Source: an uncultured Planctomycetaceae bacterium
GTDB taxonomy: Bacteria > Planctomycetota > Phycisphaerae > SM23-33
Length of the DNA: 59,215 nt
Assembly (NCBI GenBank): GCA_964449175.1
Contig: CAYUYH010000001.1
Coordinates: forward strand, 1 to 59,215
Direction of reading: 5' to 3'
The notes beneath the pieces were generated by a model. That model did not search any database, was not told the DNA's origin, and worked only from the letters and a program-made list of their open reading frames with translations. Below, in pieces: positions 9,693 through 19,686 of this stretch (its first letter is position 1; every line of letters begins with the position of its first letter). The position numbers and the translations under genes are program-made.

Positions 9693-11846
9693 TCACTCGA
9701 GAAGGAACCGCCCCACTGCAGGCGGCGGGGCGCCTAACTCTTCCCCTCGACCGCCCGGCGAGCAGCCGCCGATCGTGACGGTGAACGCGCCGGCCTCCAG
9801 GCGGGCCTCGCCGTCCTCGCCGATCAGCTCCATCATTCGAGGCGTGATCTCGAACTTGACGCGCTTCGATCGGCCCGGCGCGATGCGAAGGTGGCGAAAT
9901 GCCTTCAGCGCCCAACGGGGCGTCCCCGCCGATGCCTCCTCATCCGTGAGATACATCTGGACAACCTCATCGGCCTTCCGCTTGCCGACGTTCTTGACCG
10001 TCACGCTGGCCGTCAGCGACTCGCCGGCCTTGATCCGCTTGGCCGATAGCCGCAATGGGCCATACTCGAACCGCGTGAAGCTAAGGCCGAAGCCAAACGG
10101 ATACACTGGTGGCTCGCTCATGTATCGGTAAGTCCGCCCGGCCATCGAGTAGTCCTCGAACAGCGGCACCTGATCCAGCGAACGCGGAAAAGTGACGGGC
10201 AGCCTTCCGGACGGGCACTGATCGCCGAACAGAACATCCGCCACGGCCGCGCCGCCCTGCTGGCCGGGATACCAGACCAGCAGGATCGCGTCGACCAGGT
10301 CGTGCACTTCCTCCAGTGCCAGGGGCGAGCCGCCGGCAAGCACCAGCACCACGGGCTTGCCGTGTTGTGCAAGCTTGCGGAGGAAGTCCACCTGGTTCCG
10401 TGGCAGCGTGATCTCATCGCGATCACCCAGGGCCGTGGAGGCGATTGCCTCGCCCTCCTCGCCCTCCAGCAGAGGCGAGATGCCCATGACCGCCACGGTG
10501 ACGTCATTCGCCCCGGCCCCGCCGGTGGTCCAGTCCAGCAGGTTGGCGTTCTCGCGGTCGAGTTGCGTCCCGGCGCGATAGCTGACCCTCCGCTCCCCGG
10601 CGCGGGCCACCACGCCCTCCAGCACCGTCACCAGGTGGTCCGCCACGCCGTAGTAGTTGCCCAGCAGGATGTCGGCGTTGGCCGCGTTGTTCCCCACTAT
10701 GAAGATTCGCTGCACGTCGGGCCTCAGCGGCAGAAGGTCGTTCTTGTTCTTCAGCAGGACGATGGATTGCACTGCCGCTTGCCGGGCCAGTCGGATGTGC
10801 CGGCGGCAGGCCACTGCCTCGGGAGGGATCGAGCTGTACGGCACGAGCTTCTCATCATCGAACATGCCGAGCTTGAAGCGAGTCGCCAGCAGGCGAGCAA
10901 CGGAGCGGTCGATCTCCGCCTCGATGATCAGCCCTTCCTGCACGGCCGCCGCGAGGGTCGAATAGCACGAGCCGCAGTTCAGGTCGCACCCCATGCGGAC
11001 GGCCAGGGCGGCCGCCTCCGCCGGCGTGTGCGCGACCTTGTGGTTGGCGTGGATGTCTTGGATGGCCCCGCAGTCGCTGACTACGTGGCCCTGGAAACCC
11101 CATCGCCTGCGGAGGATATCCTCCAGCAGCGTCGGGCTGGCGCAGCAGGGCTCGCCGTTGACACGGTTGTAGGCGCCCATGACCGACTCGACGCCGGCCT
11201 TCACCAGCTCCTCGAAGGCCGGCAGGTATGTCTCGAACAGGTCCTTGCGGGTGACGCGGGCGTCGAAGTGGTGGCGGTCGCCCTCCGGGCCACTGTGCAC
11301 GGCGAAGTGCTTGGCGCAGGCTGCGGCCTTGAGATACCTGGGATCGTCGCCCTGCAGGCCTCGCACAAACGCCTTGCCGATGTCGGCTGTCAGCACAGGA
11401 TCCTCGCCGTAGGTCTCCTGTCCGCGGCCCCAGCGGCAGTCGCGGAAGATATTGATGTTCGGCGTCCAGAAGGTCAGGCCGTTGGCCTGGCCGGGCGTGC
11501 TGGCCCGCGCGGCTGCGTGATACTTGGCACGCGCCTCGGTGGAGATGGCCTCGGCTACTCGCGCGGCCAGGTCCACGTCAAATGTGGCGGCCAGGCCTAT
11601 CGCCTGCGGGAAGACCGTCGCCCGCCCGGACCGGGCCACGCCGTGCAGGCATTCACTGCCCCAGTTGTAGGCGGGAATGCCCAGCCGCTCGACGGCGGGG
11701 CTGACGTGCTGCATCTGCGAGACCTTCTCAGCCAGCGTCATCCGCCGAAGAAGATCGTTTACTCGCTGCTGGATCGGCAGCGACGCATCGCGGTACGTCC
11801 CTTGGGTGTTGCTGTCTTGGTTCATGTTCGGCTCGACATCCCCCAA
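9693..11846 (-). CDS. Glycoside hydrolase family 3 (beta-glucosidase/beta-xylosidase, BglX-like)
   Basis: About 717 aa. GH3 hallmarks KHFAVHSGPE and VVSDCGAI, plus a C-terminal Fn3-like domain. The ORF-track start at 11846 is TTG; an ATG alternative is at 11825. No obvious signal peptide. Confidence 0.85.
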   Translation of the reverse strand: MGDVEPNMNQDSNTQGTYRDASLPIQQRVNDLLRRMTLAEKVSQMQHVSPAVERLGIPAYNWGSECLHGVARSGRATVFPQAIGLAATFDVDLAARVAEAISTEARAKYHAAARASTPGQANGLTFWTPNINIFRDCRWGRGQETYGEDPVLTADIGKAFVRGLQGDDPRYLKAAACAKHFAVHSGPEGDRHHFDARVTRKDLFETYLPAFEELVKAGVESVMGAYNRVNGEPCCASPTLLEDILRRRWGFQGHVVSDCGAIQDIHANHKVAHTPAEAAALAVRMGCDLNCGSCYSTLAAAVQEGLIIEAEIDRSVARLLATRFKLGMFDDEKLVPYSSIPPEAVACRRHIRLARQAAVQSIVLLKNKNDLLPLRPDVQRIFIVGNNAANADILLGNYYGVADHLVTVLEGVVARAGERRVSYRAGTQLDRENANLLDWTTGGAGANDVTVAVMGISPLLEGEEGEAIASTALGDRDEITLPRNQVDFLRKLAQHGKPVVLVLAGGSPLALEEVHDLVDAILLVWYPGQQGGAAVADVLFGDQCPSGRLPVTFPRSLDQVPLFEDYSMAGRTYRYMSEPPVYPFGFGLSFTRFEYGPLRLSAKRIKAGESLTASVTVKNVGKRKADEVVQMYLTDEEASAGTPRWALKAFRHLRIAPGRSKRVKFEITPRMMELIGEDGEARLEAGAFTVTIGGCSPGGRGEELGAPPPAVGRFLLE

Positions 11847-12021
11847 GCAGTCTTCCGCCCGTGATCATTTCCGGGTGTTATCCGGGGATTCTACTCTAAA
11901 AGCAGGCCCCAACAACCTGATTCTCGCAGCTAGCCAACCACACCCCTCTGCCCCGCCGCGCAGCAGAAGGGCCGAGCGGGAACGCACGCCCGGCCCAAAA
12001 GGGACACACCCGCCCAGTCAG

Positions 12022-12903
12022 CTACGATCGGCGTCCGCGCCGGCGCAGCATCGCCAGGCCGGCCGCGGCGAGCAGGCCCAGCGTCGTCGGCTCGGGGATC
12101 ACCTCCAGCGTCAGGTCGTCGATAGTGTAGCCATACGGGCAAACGGCGGGGTTCTCAGCCAGGGCCGACTGCTGCCCGCGGAACCACCACCCCGTCCACT
12201 GGGTAGGATCGCCCAGCCGGGAGTCCTGGCTGAGCAGGCTCATCGAGACGTTCTGGAGGCCCGACGGGGCCGTGACCGCGCTGGTCGCCAGGTCCACGAA
12301 CGACAGCGACATGCTGCCGTCGCCGCCGTTGGCCGTCAGGTCCATGTCCAGGGTGACCTTCAGCCAGGGCATCTGGCCGGAGGGGGGCATGCCCGTGGCG
12401 TCGAGGACCGACGGCGAGCCGTTCGCGCCGCGGACGCGCCACTGGCCGCCGGACATGCCGAACTGGCAGACCAGCTCCTGGTTGCTCGTCTCCATGCTGT
12501 TGACCGACGGGTCGATGCCGTCAACCCATATCCCCACCATGCCGCCGGCTGCGTAGTTCATTCGGCTGGTGAACGAGACGCGAACCAGCGTGTCGGCGGG
12601 TGTCAGGTTGAATACGCTGGACACGCTGTTGGGGTCAGCCATCGTGCCGACCGACTGCTCCTGGAGGCTGGACGACATGGAGTCGACGTACTTGTTGCCG
12701 GCGTCGTTGGGGTCTACGACCACCTCGAACACGTCCACGTTCCCGCTGATGCTGCGCCAGGTGACGTCCTCGCCGGTCTTGCCGTTGATGTCGCCCGTGG
12801 TCAGCGAGTCGAAATTGTAGGTGTTCACCACGGCCGCCTGGGTGGTCGAGCCGCCGGCGACGAACACCGCCAACAGGCCGATGAGGATGACGTTCTTGCG
12901 CAT
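12022..12903 (-). CDS. Secreted PEP-CTERM-anchored protein of unknown function
   Basis: Own ATG at 12903 preceded by AAGGAG. Signal peptide MRKNVILIGLLAVFVAGGSTTQA. C-terminal VIPEPTTLGLLAAAGLAMLRRRGRRS (PEP motif + TM + basic tail). Confidence 0.7.
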   Translation of the reverse strand: MRKNVILIGLLAVFVAGGSTTQAAVVNTYNFDSLTTGDINGKTGEDVTWRSISGNVDVFEVVVDPNDAGNKYVDSMSSSLQEQSVGTMADPNSVSSVFNLTPADTLVRVSFTSRMNYAAGGMVGIWVDGIDPSVNSMETSNQELVCQFGMSGGQWRVRGANGSPSVLDATGMPPSGQMPWLKVTLDMDLTANGGDGSMSLSFVDLATSAVTAPSGLQNVSMSLLSQDSRLGDPTQWTGWWFRGQQSALAENPAVCPYGYTIDDLTLEVIPEPTTLGLLAAAGLAMLRRRGRRS

Positions 12904-15153
12904 CTTCGGTCTCCTTTTGCGCAGCAGCAGGCACGCGCCGGCAACCAGCAGGCTCAGCGCAGCCGGTTCGGGAACCGCTGTCAGGACGAGGTCGTTGCCG
13001 ACGGCATCGACCAGGAAGCCGTCGGTGACGGAATCGAAACCTCCGGTGAAGCTGCCGGCGGCGAGGATCTCCCATGTATCGTTGAGCTGGGGCGTGTAGC
13101 CTCCCAGCAGCTTGATTTGCAGGTCTCCGCCCAGCGTGGCCAGGCCGTCGACGATGACCTTGTCGAAGTCGAGCAGGGATGCGAGCTCGATCTCCATCGC
13201 GCCGTCTGTCAGCGTCAGGTCGCCGATCACGTGGGTGGCGCCCGTGCTGTCGCCCGGCGCGAGCAGGCCGCCGGCGTTGGTCAGATCGAACGCCACCTCG
13301 TCGGCGCTGAGCGTGCCGCCGGTGAAGCGGAACTCCCCGAAGCCGCTGCCGATGGCCAGTTGCGTGGTGCGGAGGGCGCCGCCTCTGAGGTCGTACAGGC
13401 CTCTGCTGGTGGGCCCATCGGCGATGACCACGCCGCCGCCCATCGCGCAGCTGCCGCCTGTCTGGACGAGCGTGCCCATGCCGACGGACCCGAGATGCAG
13501 CTTCCCGCCGGCCCGGAGCACGCCGCCGTAGACGTCCACCGTCCCGCCTGCCCCGGCTGCGGCGCCGACGTGGATGCTGTCAGCCACGGTCAGCCCGCCG
13601 CCGGACAGCATGGCCAGCCCGCCTGTGCCGCCCGGCGAGTTGCCCACGCGCATCGTGCCGGCCGCCTGGCCGAGATAGCTTACGTGGGCCCTGCCGGAGT
13701 TGATCTCGACGGCGTCCAGCGACGACGGCTGCCACGGGATGTCCCAACTGCTGATCCGCTCGTATTGCAGCCCCCCGCCGATGAAGACGATCGGCTTAGG
13801 CGCGGGGAACGCGGCCAGCTCGTTGACGTATTCCTCGATGTTGGTGTAGCCGTCGAGGTCGTGGTCGCCGTTCTGGTCGGCGGTGTTGGGGTCCAGCCCG
13901 TGGGCGATCTCCCACGTGTTGGGCATGCCGTCGGAGTCGGTGTCGAAGTCGCCGGGGCGGTGCACTTCCGGGTAATATGTCAGCCCGCCGACGTCGGTGG
14001 TCCAGTTCTTGATCGTCCCGCCGCAGGTGATGACGTCGTTGACGATGCGCGCGTCGACCGAGTCGCGATTCCACCAGTCCGCCCCGACATAGCTCAGCAC
14101 GGTCTGGAGGGCGTCGGCGGCGGTCTGCGTGTGGACGGCTGCAGCGGGCAACTCCGACGCCTCGGCGACGTAGACGCCGGTGAACATGCCCCAGCCGGTG
14201 TCGGCGCCGTCGAACGCGCCGTTGATGTTCGGGTCGATCTTGTTGCCCGACTGGTAGAGGTGCGTGAAGGTGCCGGCCGCACTGAACGCCTCGGCCCGGT
14301 CGCCGCTCGAGGTGCTGTTGCCGGCGCCGTAGTAGTTGCCGACGAAATTGCCCCATGCGTAGTTGCCGCCGCCGCCCCCGCTGCTGTAGCCGCAGTTGCT
14401 CTCCCAGTTGTACATCACGTTGTTGCGCCAGTCGACCACGTTGACGACCTTGGCCTCGTTGCCCAGGCGCGGATTGCGGGACTTGTTGTGGGCGTAGAGG
14501 TTGTGGTGATAGCTCAGCGTGACGTTGGGCTCGTCGGACCCCACCAGCGACCCGTAGCCGTGGCCGGCGTAGTTCAACGCCTCGGAGACGACGGTGTACT
14601 GGACGGTGTTGTCGTAGCCCGGGTGCCAGCCCGACAGCCCCTCGTCGGTGGCCCACTCGACCGAGCAGTGGTCGATGATGGAGCCGGTGGCGTCAAACGA
14701 AATGCCATCGCCCGATCGGCCGAAGGCGTCCTCGCCGGGACGCATGTGGAGGTTGCGGACGATCACGTTGCTGCCGGTGAGCTTGAGCCCCTGGCCGTAG
14801 ACGAAGATGCCGTCTCCCGGGGCGGTCTGCCCGGCGATGGTGATGTTGCTGGCCGAGGTGGTCAGCGTGTTTGTCGTCGCGTCCGGGCCAAGGGTGATCG
14901 TGCCGCCCACGTCGAACACGACCAGCCGGTTGCCGGCGGAGACGGCGTCGCGAAAAGACCCCGCCCCGGAGTCGTTGAGGTTCGTGACGTGATAGACGTC
15001 ATAGCCGCGTCCGCCGCTGGCCGTCGCGCCGGCGCCCTCGGCGCCGGGAAAGGCCGGCAGGGCCTGCCCTGATGCCTCCCCCGCAACCACAGCGGCCGCC
15101 AGGACCGCCAACACCAACGGACAACACAACCCACGCACCGCACAGGCAAACAT
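12904..15153 (-). CDS. Secreted pectate-lyase-like protein with a beta-helix repeat region and PEP-CTERM anchor. It has no stop codon of its own and reads in frame into 12022..12903
   Basis: ATG at 15153 with GGAGGAG upstream. Signal peptide ...LAVLAAAVVAGEASGQA. AFPGAEGAGATASGGRG...HHNLYAHNKSRNPR pectate-lyase signature. Ca-binding-like DTDSDGMPNTWE...DQNGDHDLDGYTN. Ends VPEPAALSLLVAGACLLLRKRRPK, immediately followed by the next Met. Confidence 0.75.
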
Positions 15154-15285
15154 GCTCTCCTCCTTCCTGTCGGCCCACGCGCAGACAGACCACGGCACAA
15201 CATGTTCGAGCAGAAGCGAAAGTCGGAAGCACAGCTCCGCGGGTAAGCAGGCCGCGGGCTGCCCATCTCTCCTGATTGGCCATAT

Positions 15286-15314
15286 AAGATACCCGAAAAC
15301 ACGCACTTAGTCAA
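15286..15314 (-). promoter_or_regulatory. Candidate sigma70-type promoter for the pectate-lyase gene
   Basis: The minus strand reads TTGACT-17 nt-TATCTT inside the only AT-rich patch of the divergent intergenic region, about 135 nt upstream of the ATG at 15153. Confidence 0.3.
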
Positions 15315-15467
15315 TAACGCACTTGGGGTTTTCCGCGTGGCCCGGCTGCGGCGGGGATGCGAGTACTTGCAGGTTGGCCGGCGGGGATGTATGTATGTCC
15401 TGACCGAAGTCCGCGACGTCGAGGACGAGCGGCGCGCGGGCTGGGTGTCGGGGCAAAGGGTGTCAGG

Positions 15468-17102
15468 ATGGCAGCGATTGACGGCAGGACGCCGGCTGGA
15501 GGCGGGCGAGGCCACGGAGTGGCATGGCGGCATGTGTGCGGGCTGCTGGTAGTGCTGGCGCTATTGGGGGCGGTGCGGGCATGGATGCTGAGCCGCAGTG
15601 AGGTAATCGCCCGCGACGGCATCTGGTACTCAGCGATGGCCCAGCAGTGGTCGTCGCAGCCGATGGAGGTGGTGCGGGGCTACGCCCATCACGTCGGCTA
15701 TCCCGTGGCCGTCGACGGCATGCATCGGTTGCTCGCCGCGGCTGGTCAGGCAGACAGGCCCGACAGTTGGGACCTGGCGGGCGGACTGGTGTCGCTGGCA
15801 GCCAGTCTGGTCGCGATGGCCGGGCTATGGTACTGGGCGGCGAAGGCCTACGGCCGGGGCGTGGCGATCGTCACGGTGCTACTGGCGGGCCTGGGCCGAA
15901 AGTGGGCCGGCCTGGGGGCCGACGTACTGTCCGACGCGACGGCAATCGCATTCCAGGTGTGGTCCCTGGTGCTGGTCCACGGCATGCTCCAGCGCCTGAA
16001 GGCGCGGCGCTGGTCGGCGGTGGCCCTGGCGGCCGGCGCGGGCCTGGCCGGCGGGCTGGGATACCTTGTCAGGCCTGAGTCGCTGCTGATACCGGCGCTG
16101 GGGGCGATAATGGCAGTGGGCTTCCAGGTCCGCCACAGGCTGCGGTGGCGTGTCACCTTGACATCGGCGGCTGTGCTGGGCGGGGTGGCCTTGGCGACCG
16201 CCTTGCCGTACATCATCGCCATCGGCGGGCTATCGAAGAAGAAACACCTGCTCGAATTGTTGCGCGATCTGGCCTCCTCGCGCGGGGCGACGGCGCCCCT
16301 CGCAGCGGTGGCTGCCGGCGAGCCGTACTCGTTCGCTCACAAGTACGCCAACCAGCTCTTCGAGGCGATGCACCCGGCGCTCGGGTTCGTTCTGGCCCTG
16401 TTCATCGCGGCGGTTATCTGCCGCTGGATATTCCGCTGGCCGGCCCTGAACGAGGCGAAGCTGCCATCGGCGACCGCCGGGGCGCTGATGGTGCTGTACG
16501 CCGCGGCGATGGCGGCCATTCTGGCCGGGCTGAGTCGCGGCTACGGGTACCTCTCGTATCGGCACCTCATGATGACTGCCTTGGTGCTCTCGCCGCTGGT
16601 CGGTCAGGGCATCTTCATGCTGGCCGGCTTGGCCAGGTGGGCGATGCGGCTGAGATGGCGGCGCGCGCCTGGGGTGTCCGCCATCGCCGCCGTGATAACG
16701 GCGATCTTCGCCGTGGCGATCCTGGCCCACGCCGTCGGCATACCCCTCCACCGCGGCAAGGGCGTCTACCGCGCCGCTGCCCTGGACATCGCCAGCCAGA
16801 CGCCCGCCGACGAGGGCATCCTGGAGACCACCAGGTGGGTCGGCCACTATGTCCGGCAGATCGATCCCGACCGCCGCGTGCTGCTCGAGCTGGACCTGCC
16901 GATGACCGCCGAGCACATAACAGAGAAGGCCAAGCTGCACCGGGTCGGCTATGTCGTTCTGCCGGCCCAGAAGCCGCGCCGCGTGGCGCCGAGCGATGAG
17001 GAGATGGCCGCGGCCGGCTTCGTGCTCTGGCGGCGCTATGACGCCAGCGACGGCAAGGTGCTGCGGGTCTTCCGCGCGCCGCGCGAGGAGGCTGGATCGT
17101 GA
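15468..17102 (+). CDS. Polytopic membrane glycosyltransferase, GT-C fold (ArnT/PMT, GT39/83-like)
   Basis: About 544 aa with more than 10 hydrophobic segments, an acidic/aromatic first loop (ARDGIWYSAMAQQW) and a soluble C-terminal domain. Confidence 0.45.
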   Translation: MAAIDGRTPAGGGRGHGVAWRHVCGLLVVLALLGAVRAWMLSRSEVIARDGIWYSAMAQQWSSQPMEVVRGYAHHVGYPVAVDGMHRLLAAAGQADRPDSWDLAGGLVSLAASLVAMAGLWYWAAKAYGRGVAIVTVLLAGLGRKWAGLGADVLSDATAIAFQVWSLVLVHGMLQRLKARRWSAVALAAGAGLAGGLGYLVRPESLLIPALGAIMAVGFQVRHRLRWRVTLTSAAVLGGVALATALPYIIAIGGLSKKKHLLELLRDLASSRGATAPLAAVAAGEPYSFAHKYANQLFEAMHPALGFVLALFIAAVICRWIFRWPALNEAKLPSATAGALMVLYAAAMAAILAGLSRGYGYLSYRHLMMTALVLSPLVGQGIFMLAGLARWAMRLRWRRAPGVSAIAAVITAIFAVAILAHAVGIPLHRGKGVYRAAALDIASQTPADEGILETTRWVGHYVRQIDPDRRVLLELDLPMTAEHITEKAKLHRVGYVVLPAQKPRRVAPSDEEMAAAGFVLWRRYDASDGKVLRVFRAPREEAGS

Positions 17103-18217
17103 GAGTCGCCCTGGCACATGACTGGCTGACCGGCATGCGGGGCGGGGAGAAGGTGCTTCTGGGGATGTGCGAGCTGTTCCCCCAGGCCGACCTGTTCACG
17201 CTGGTGCACGTCCCGCGGCTGTGCCACCCGGTCATCCGGCGCCGCCGCGTCATCACGAGCTGGCTGAGCCGCCTGCCCGGCGTCGAGCGATACTACCGCC
17301 ACCTGCTGCCGGTGATGCCCTGGGCGGTCGGCTCGCTGGACCTGCGCGGCTACGACCTGATCGTCTCGAGCAGTCACTGCGTGGCCAAGGGGCTGCGGCG
17401 TCCGGTCGGGGCCGTCCACGTGTGCTACTGTCACTCGCCCATGCGCTACGCGTGGTCGCAGGCGCGGGCATATCGGCAGACGATGGGCCTGGAGGGGCTG
17501 GCGCTGGGCCTGCTCGGCGGGCCGCTGCGGCGGTGGGATCGCCGATCGGCCGACGGCGTCGACGTGTTCGTGGCCAACAGCCAAAACGTCGCCGACCGCA
17601 TCCGCCGGGCCTACGGCCGACAGGCCGCGGTCGTCTACCCCCCCGTGGACACGGCCTTCCACACCCCGGCGGCGGTCGAGCGGGAGGAGTTCTACCTCAT
17701 CATCGGCGCGCTGGCCCCCTACAAGCGGATCGACCATGCCATGGAGGCGATGCGGCGGCTGCCGGACCGGCGGCTGGTGGTCATCGGCTCGGGCCAGATG
17801 GCCGGCGTGCTGCGGCGGTCGGCCCCGCCGAACGTGACATTCCTGGGCTGGCGGAGCGACCAGGTCGTCCGAGACCACTACCGCCGGGCGAAAGCCCTGC
17901 TGCTGCCGGGGGAGGAGGACTTCGGCATCGTCCCGGTGGAGGCGATGGCCTGCGGCTGTCCGGTGATCGCGTATCGCGGCGGCGGAGCGACGGAGACGGT
18001 TCTCGACGCCGCCCAGGGGCTCCGCCCGGCGACGGGAATCTGCTATAGCCCGCAGACGCCGGAAGCCCTGGCGGCGACAATCGAGGGCTTCGAGAGATTC
18101 AACGGCGGCTGGGACGCCGCCGCGATGGCCCGCCACGCCGGGCGGTTCGGAGCGGCGAGGTTCCGCGCGGAGATCAACGCGGTCGTCCAGGCCGCGTGTC
18201 AGGGACGACCATGCTGA
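17099..18217 (+). CDS. Glycosyltransferase family 4 (GT-B)
   Basis: MRVALAHDWLTGMRGGEKV N-terminus and the E-x7-E region GEEDFGIVPVEAMACGCPVIAYRGGGATETV. Confidence 0.8.
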   Translation: MRVALAHDWLTGMRGGEKVLLGMCELFPQADLFTLVHVPRLCHPVIRRRRVITSWLSRLPGVERYYRHLLPVMPWAVGSLDLRGYDLIVSSSHCVAKGLRRPVGAVHVCYCHSPMRYAWSQARAYRQTMGLEGLALGLLGGPLRRWDRRSADGVDVFVANSQNVADRIRRAYGRQAAVVYPPVDTAFHTPAAVEREEFYLIIGALAPYKRIDHAMEAMRRLPDRRLVVIGSGQMAGVLRRSAPPNVTFLGWRSDQVVRDHYRRAKALLLPGEEDFGIVPVEAMACGCPVIAYRGGGATETVLDAAQGLRPATGICYSPQTPEALAATIEGFERFNGGWDAAAMARHAGRFGAARFRAEINAVVQAACQGRPC

Positions 18218-19686
18218 GAGGCCGCAGCAGCGTGTTTCTGTTGGGCTTTCGCCTGCTCGACGTGGCGCTGGTGCTGGCCGCGTGGGCGGGCGGCTACGGC
18301 ATCCGTCTGCTAGGCAACCAGCTTGGCTGGTCGTCCCACGCGGTGCCCGAGTTCAAGGACTTCACGTTCCTGGTTGTCCTGTCGGCCGCCCTCACGCCGG
18401 CGGTGTTCACATGGCAGCACGCCTACAGGCCGCGGCGCACGGAGTCGCTGACGCGCGAGCTGGCGCTGGCCATGCGGTGCGCGGGAATCGTCTGGCTGGC
18501 GACATACGTCTACTCCACGCTGGTGGCGCATCTGCTGCTGTCGCGGCTGCTGCTGCTGGGGATGCTGGTCAGTTGGATCGTCCTGCTGGTCGCCGAGCGG
18601 CTGACCGTCCGCGGCCTGCTGAGGTGGGCGCGCAGGCGAGGATACAACCAGCGATACGCTGCCGTCGTCGGCACGGGCCAGCTCGCCCAGCGGCTGTTCT
18701 GGACGATTCGGCATCAGCGATGGACGGGTATCCAGGTATCTTACTTCGTCGATACGTCGTCCAAGCGGACATCGCTGTGCGGCGTCCCCGTCCACGGCCT
18801 GGCCGACGGGCTGGGCGACCTGATCGACGAGCACCCGGTGGACATAGTGTTCCTGGCGCTGCCGGCTGAGGATGCGGAGGCAACCCGCGAAGCCCTTAAT
18901 GAGGTTGGCCGCACGAGCGCCCAGTTGGCGATCGTGCCGGACCTGCCCACAGCACGTCTGCTCCGGCAGAGGGTGGTCGAGCTGGGCGACCTTCACTTGC
19001 TGGCCGTGACCGACTCGCCGATGTTCGGGTGGGGAGGCGTCGTGAAGCGCGCGATCGACGTGGCGGGCGCCGCAGTCGGGCTTGTCGTATTGGCGCCCGT
19101 CGTGGGCCTCGTGGCGCTCCTGGTCAAGCTGACCAGCGCCGGGCCCGTGATCTACCGTCAGCGGCGGTGCAGCACGGACTGCCGGGCTTTCACGCTGTAC
19201 AAGTTCCGCTCGATGTCCGCCGACGCCGAGGCCGACAGCGGGGCAGTCTGGTGTGCCCACGCCGACAGCCGGGTCACGCGGCTGGGACGCTTCCTCCGCC
19301 GATATAACCTCGACGAGCTGCCGCAGTTATGGAACGTGCTGTCGGGCGACATGTCGCTGGTCGGCCCCCGGCCGGAGCGGCCTGAGCTGATCGCCGCCTT
19401 CAAGCAGATGATCCCTCGCTACATGCTTCGCTCTCACGTCAAGGCCGGTCTGACCGGCTGGGCGCAGGTTCATGGCTATCGCGGCAACACAAACTTGAGG
19501 AAGCGGATTCAATACGACGTGCACTACATCTCGCACTGGTCGCTCGGGATCGACGCGTGGATAATGTTGTGGACGTTTGTGCAATGCTTCGTGCCCGCGT
19601 TCGGGCGGCGCGCGGACGAGAAGGGCTCGGACGATGTGCCGCAACCGGCCCCGTCCCGGGGAGCGCCGCCCGCCGGCCGTCGCTGA
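18211..19686 (+). CDS. Polyprenyl-phosphate hexose-1-phosphate transferase (WbaP/WcaJ-type initiating 'bacterial sugar transferase')
   Basis: N-terminal TM bundle. C-terminal KRAIDVAGA...YKFRSM...LDELPQLWNVLSGDMSLVGPRPERPE. The ATG at 18211 overlaps the upstream stop. Confidence 0.85.
   Translation: MLRGRSSVFLLGFRLLDVALVLAAWAGGYGIRLLGNQLGWSSHAVPEFKDFTFLVVLSAALTPAVFTWQHAYRPRRTESLTRELALAMRCAGIVWLATYVYSTLVAHLLLSRLLLLGMLVSWIVLLVAERLTVRGLLRWARRRGYNQRYAAVVGTGQLAQRLFWTIRHQRWTGIQVSYFVDTSSKRTSLCGVPVHGLADGLGDLIDEHPVDIVFLALPAEDAEATREALNEVGRTSAQLAIVPDLPTARLLRQRVVELGDLHLLAVTDSPMFGWGGVVKRAIDVAGAAVGLVVLAPVVGLVALLVKLTSAGPVIYRQRRCSTDCRAFTLYKFRSMSADAEADSGAVWCAHADSRVTRLGRFLRRYNLDELPQLWNVLSGDMSLVGPRPERPELIAAFKQMIPRYMLRSHVKAGLTGWAQVHGYRGNTNLRKRIQYDVHYISHWSLGIDAWIMLWTFVQCFVPAFGRRADEKGSDDVPQPAPSRGAPPAGRR

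Noticed and set aside
11677-15072. Very long alternative-frame or antisense ORFs. Examples: 11677..15072 + (1131 aa), 1637..2872 -, 5837..7030 -, 10302..11864 +, 27605..28921 -, 29018..30424 -, 30527..31681 -, 31924..33021 -, 47963..49294 -, 52402..53778 -, 53815..55158 +, 55035..56072 +, 56113..57141 +, 57451..58527 -.
   Set aside because: Their translations are Arg/Gly/Ala/Pro/His-rich low-complexity strings with no family motifs. Each overlaps a frame that encodes a clearly recognisable protein family. Stop-poor shadow ORFs of this kind are expected at this GC content.
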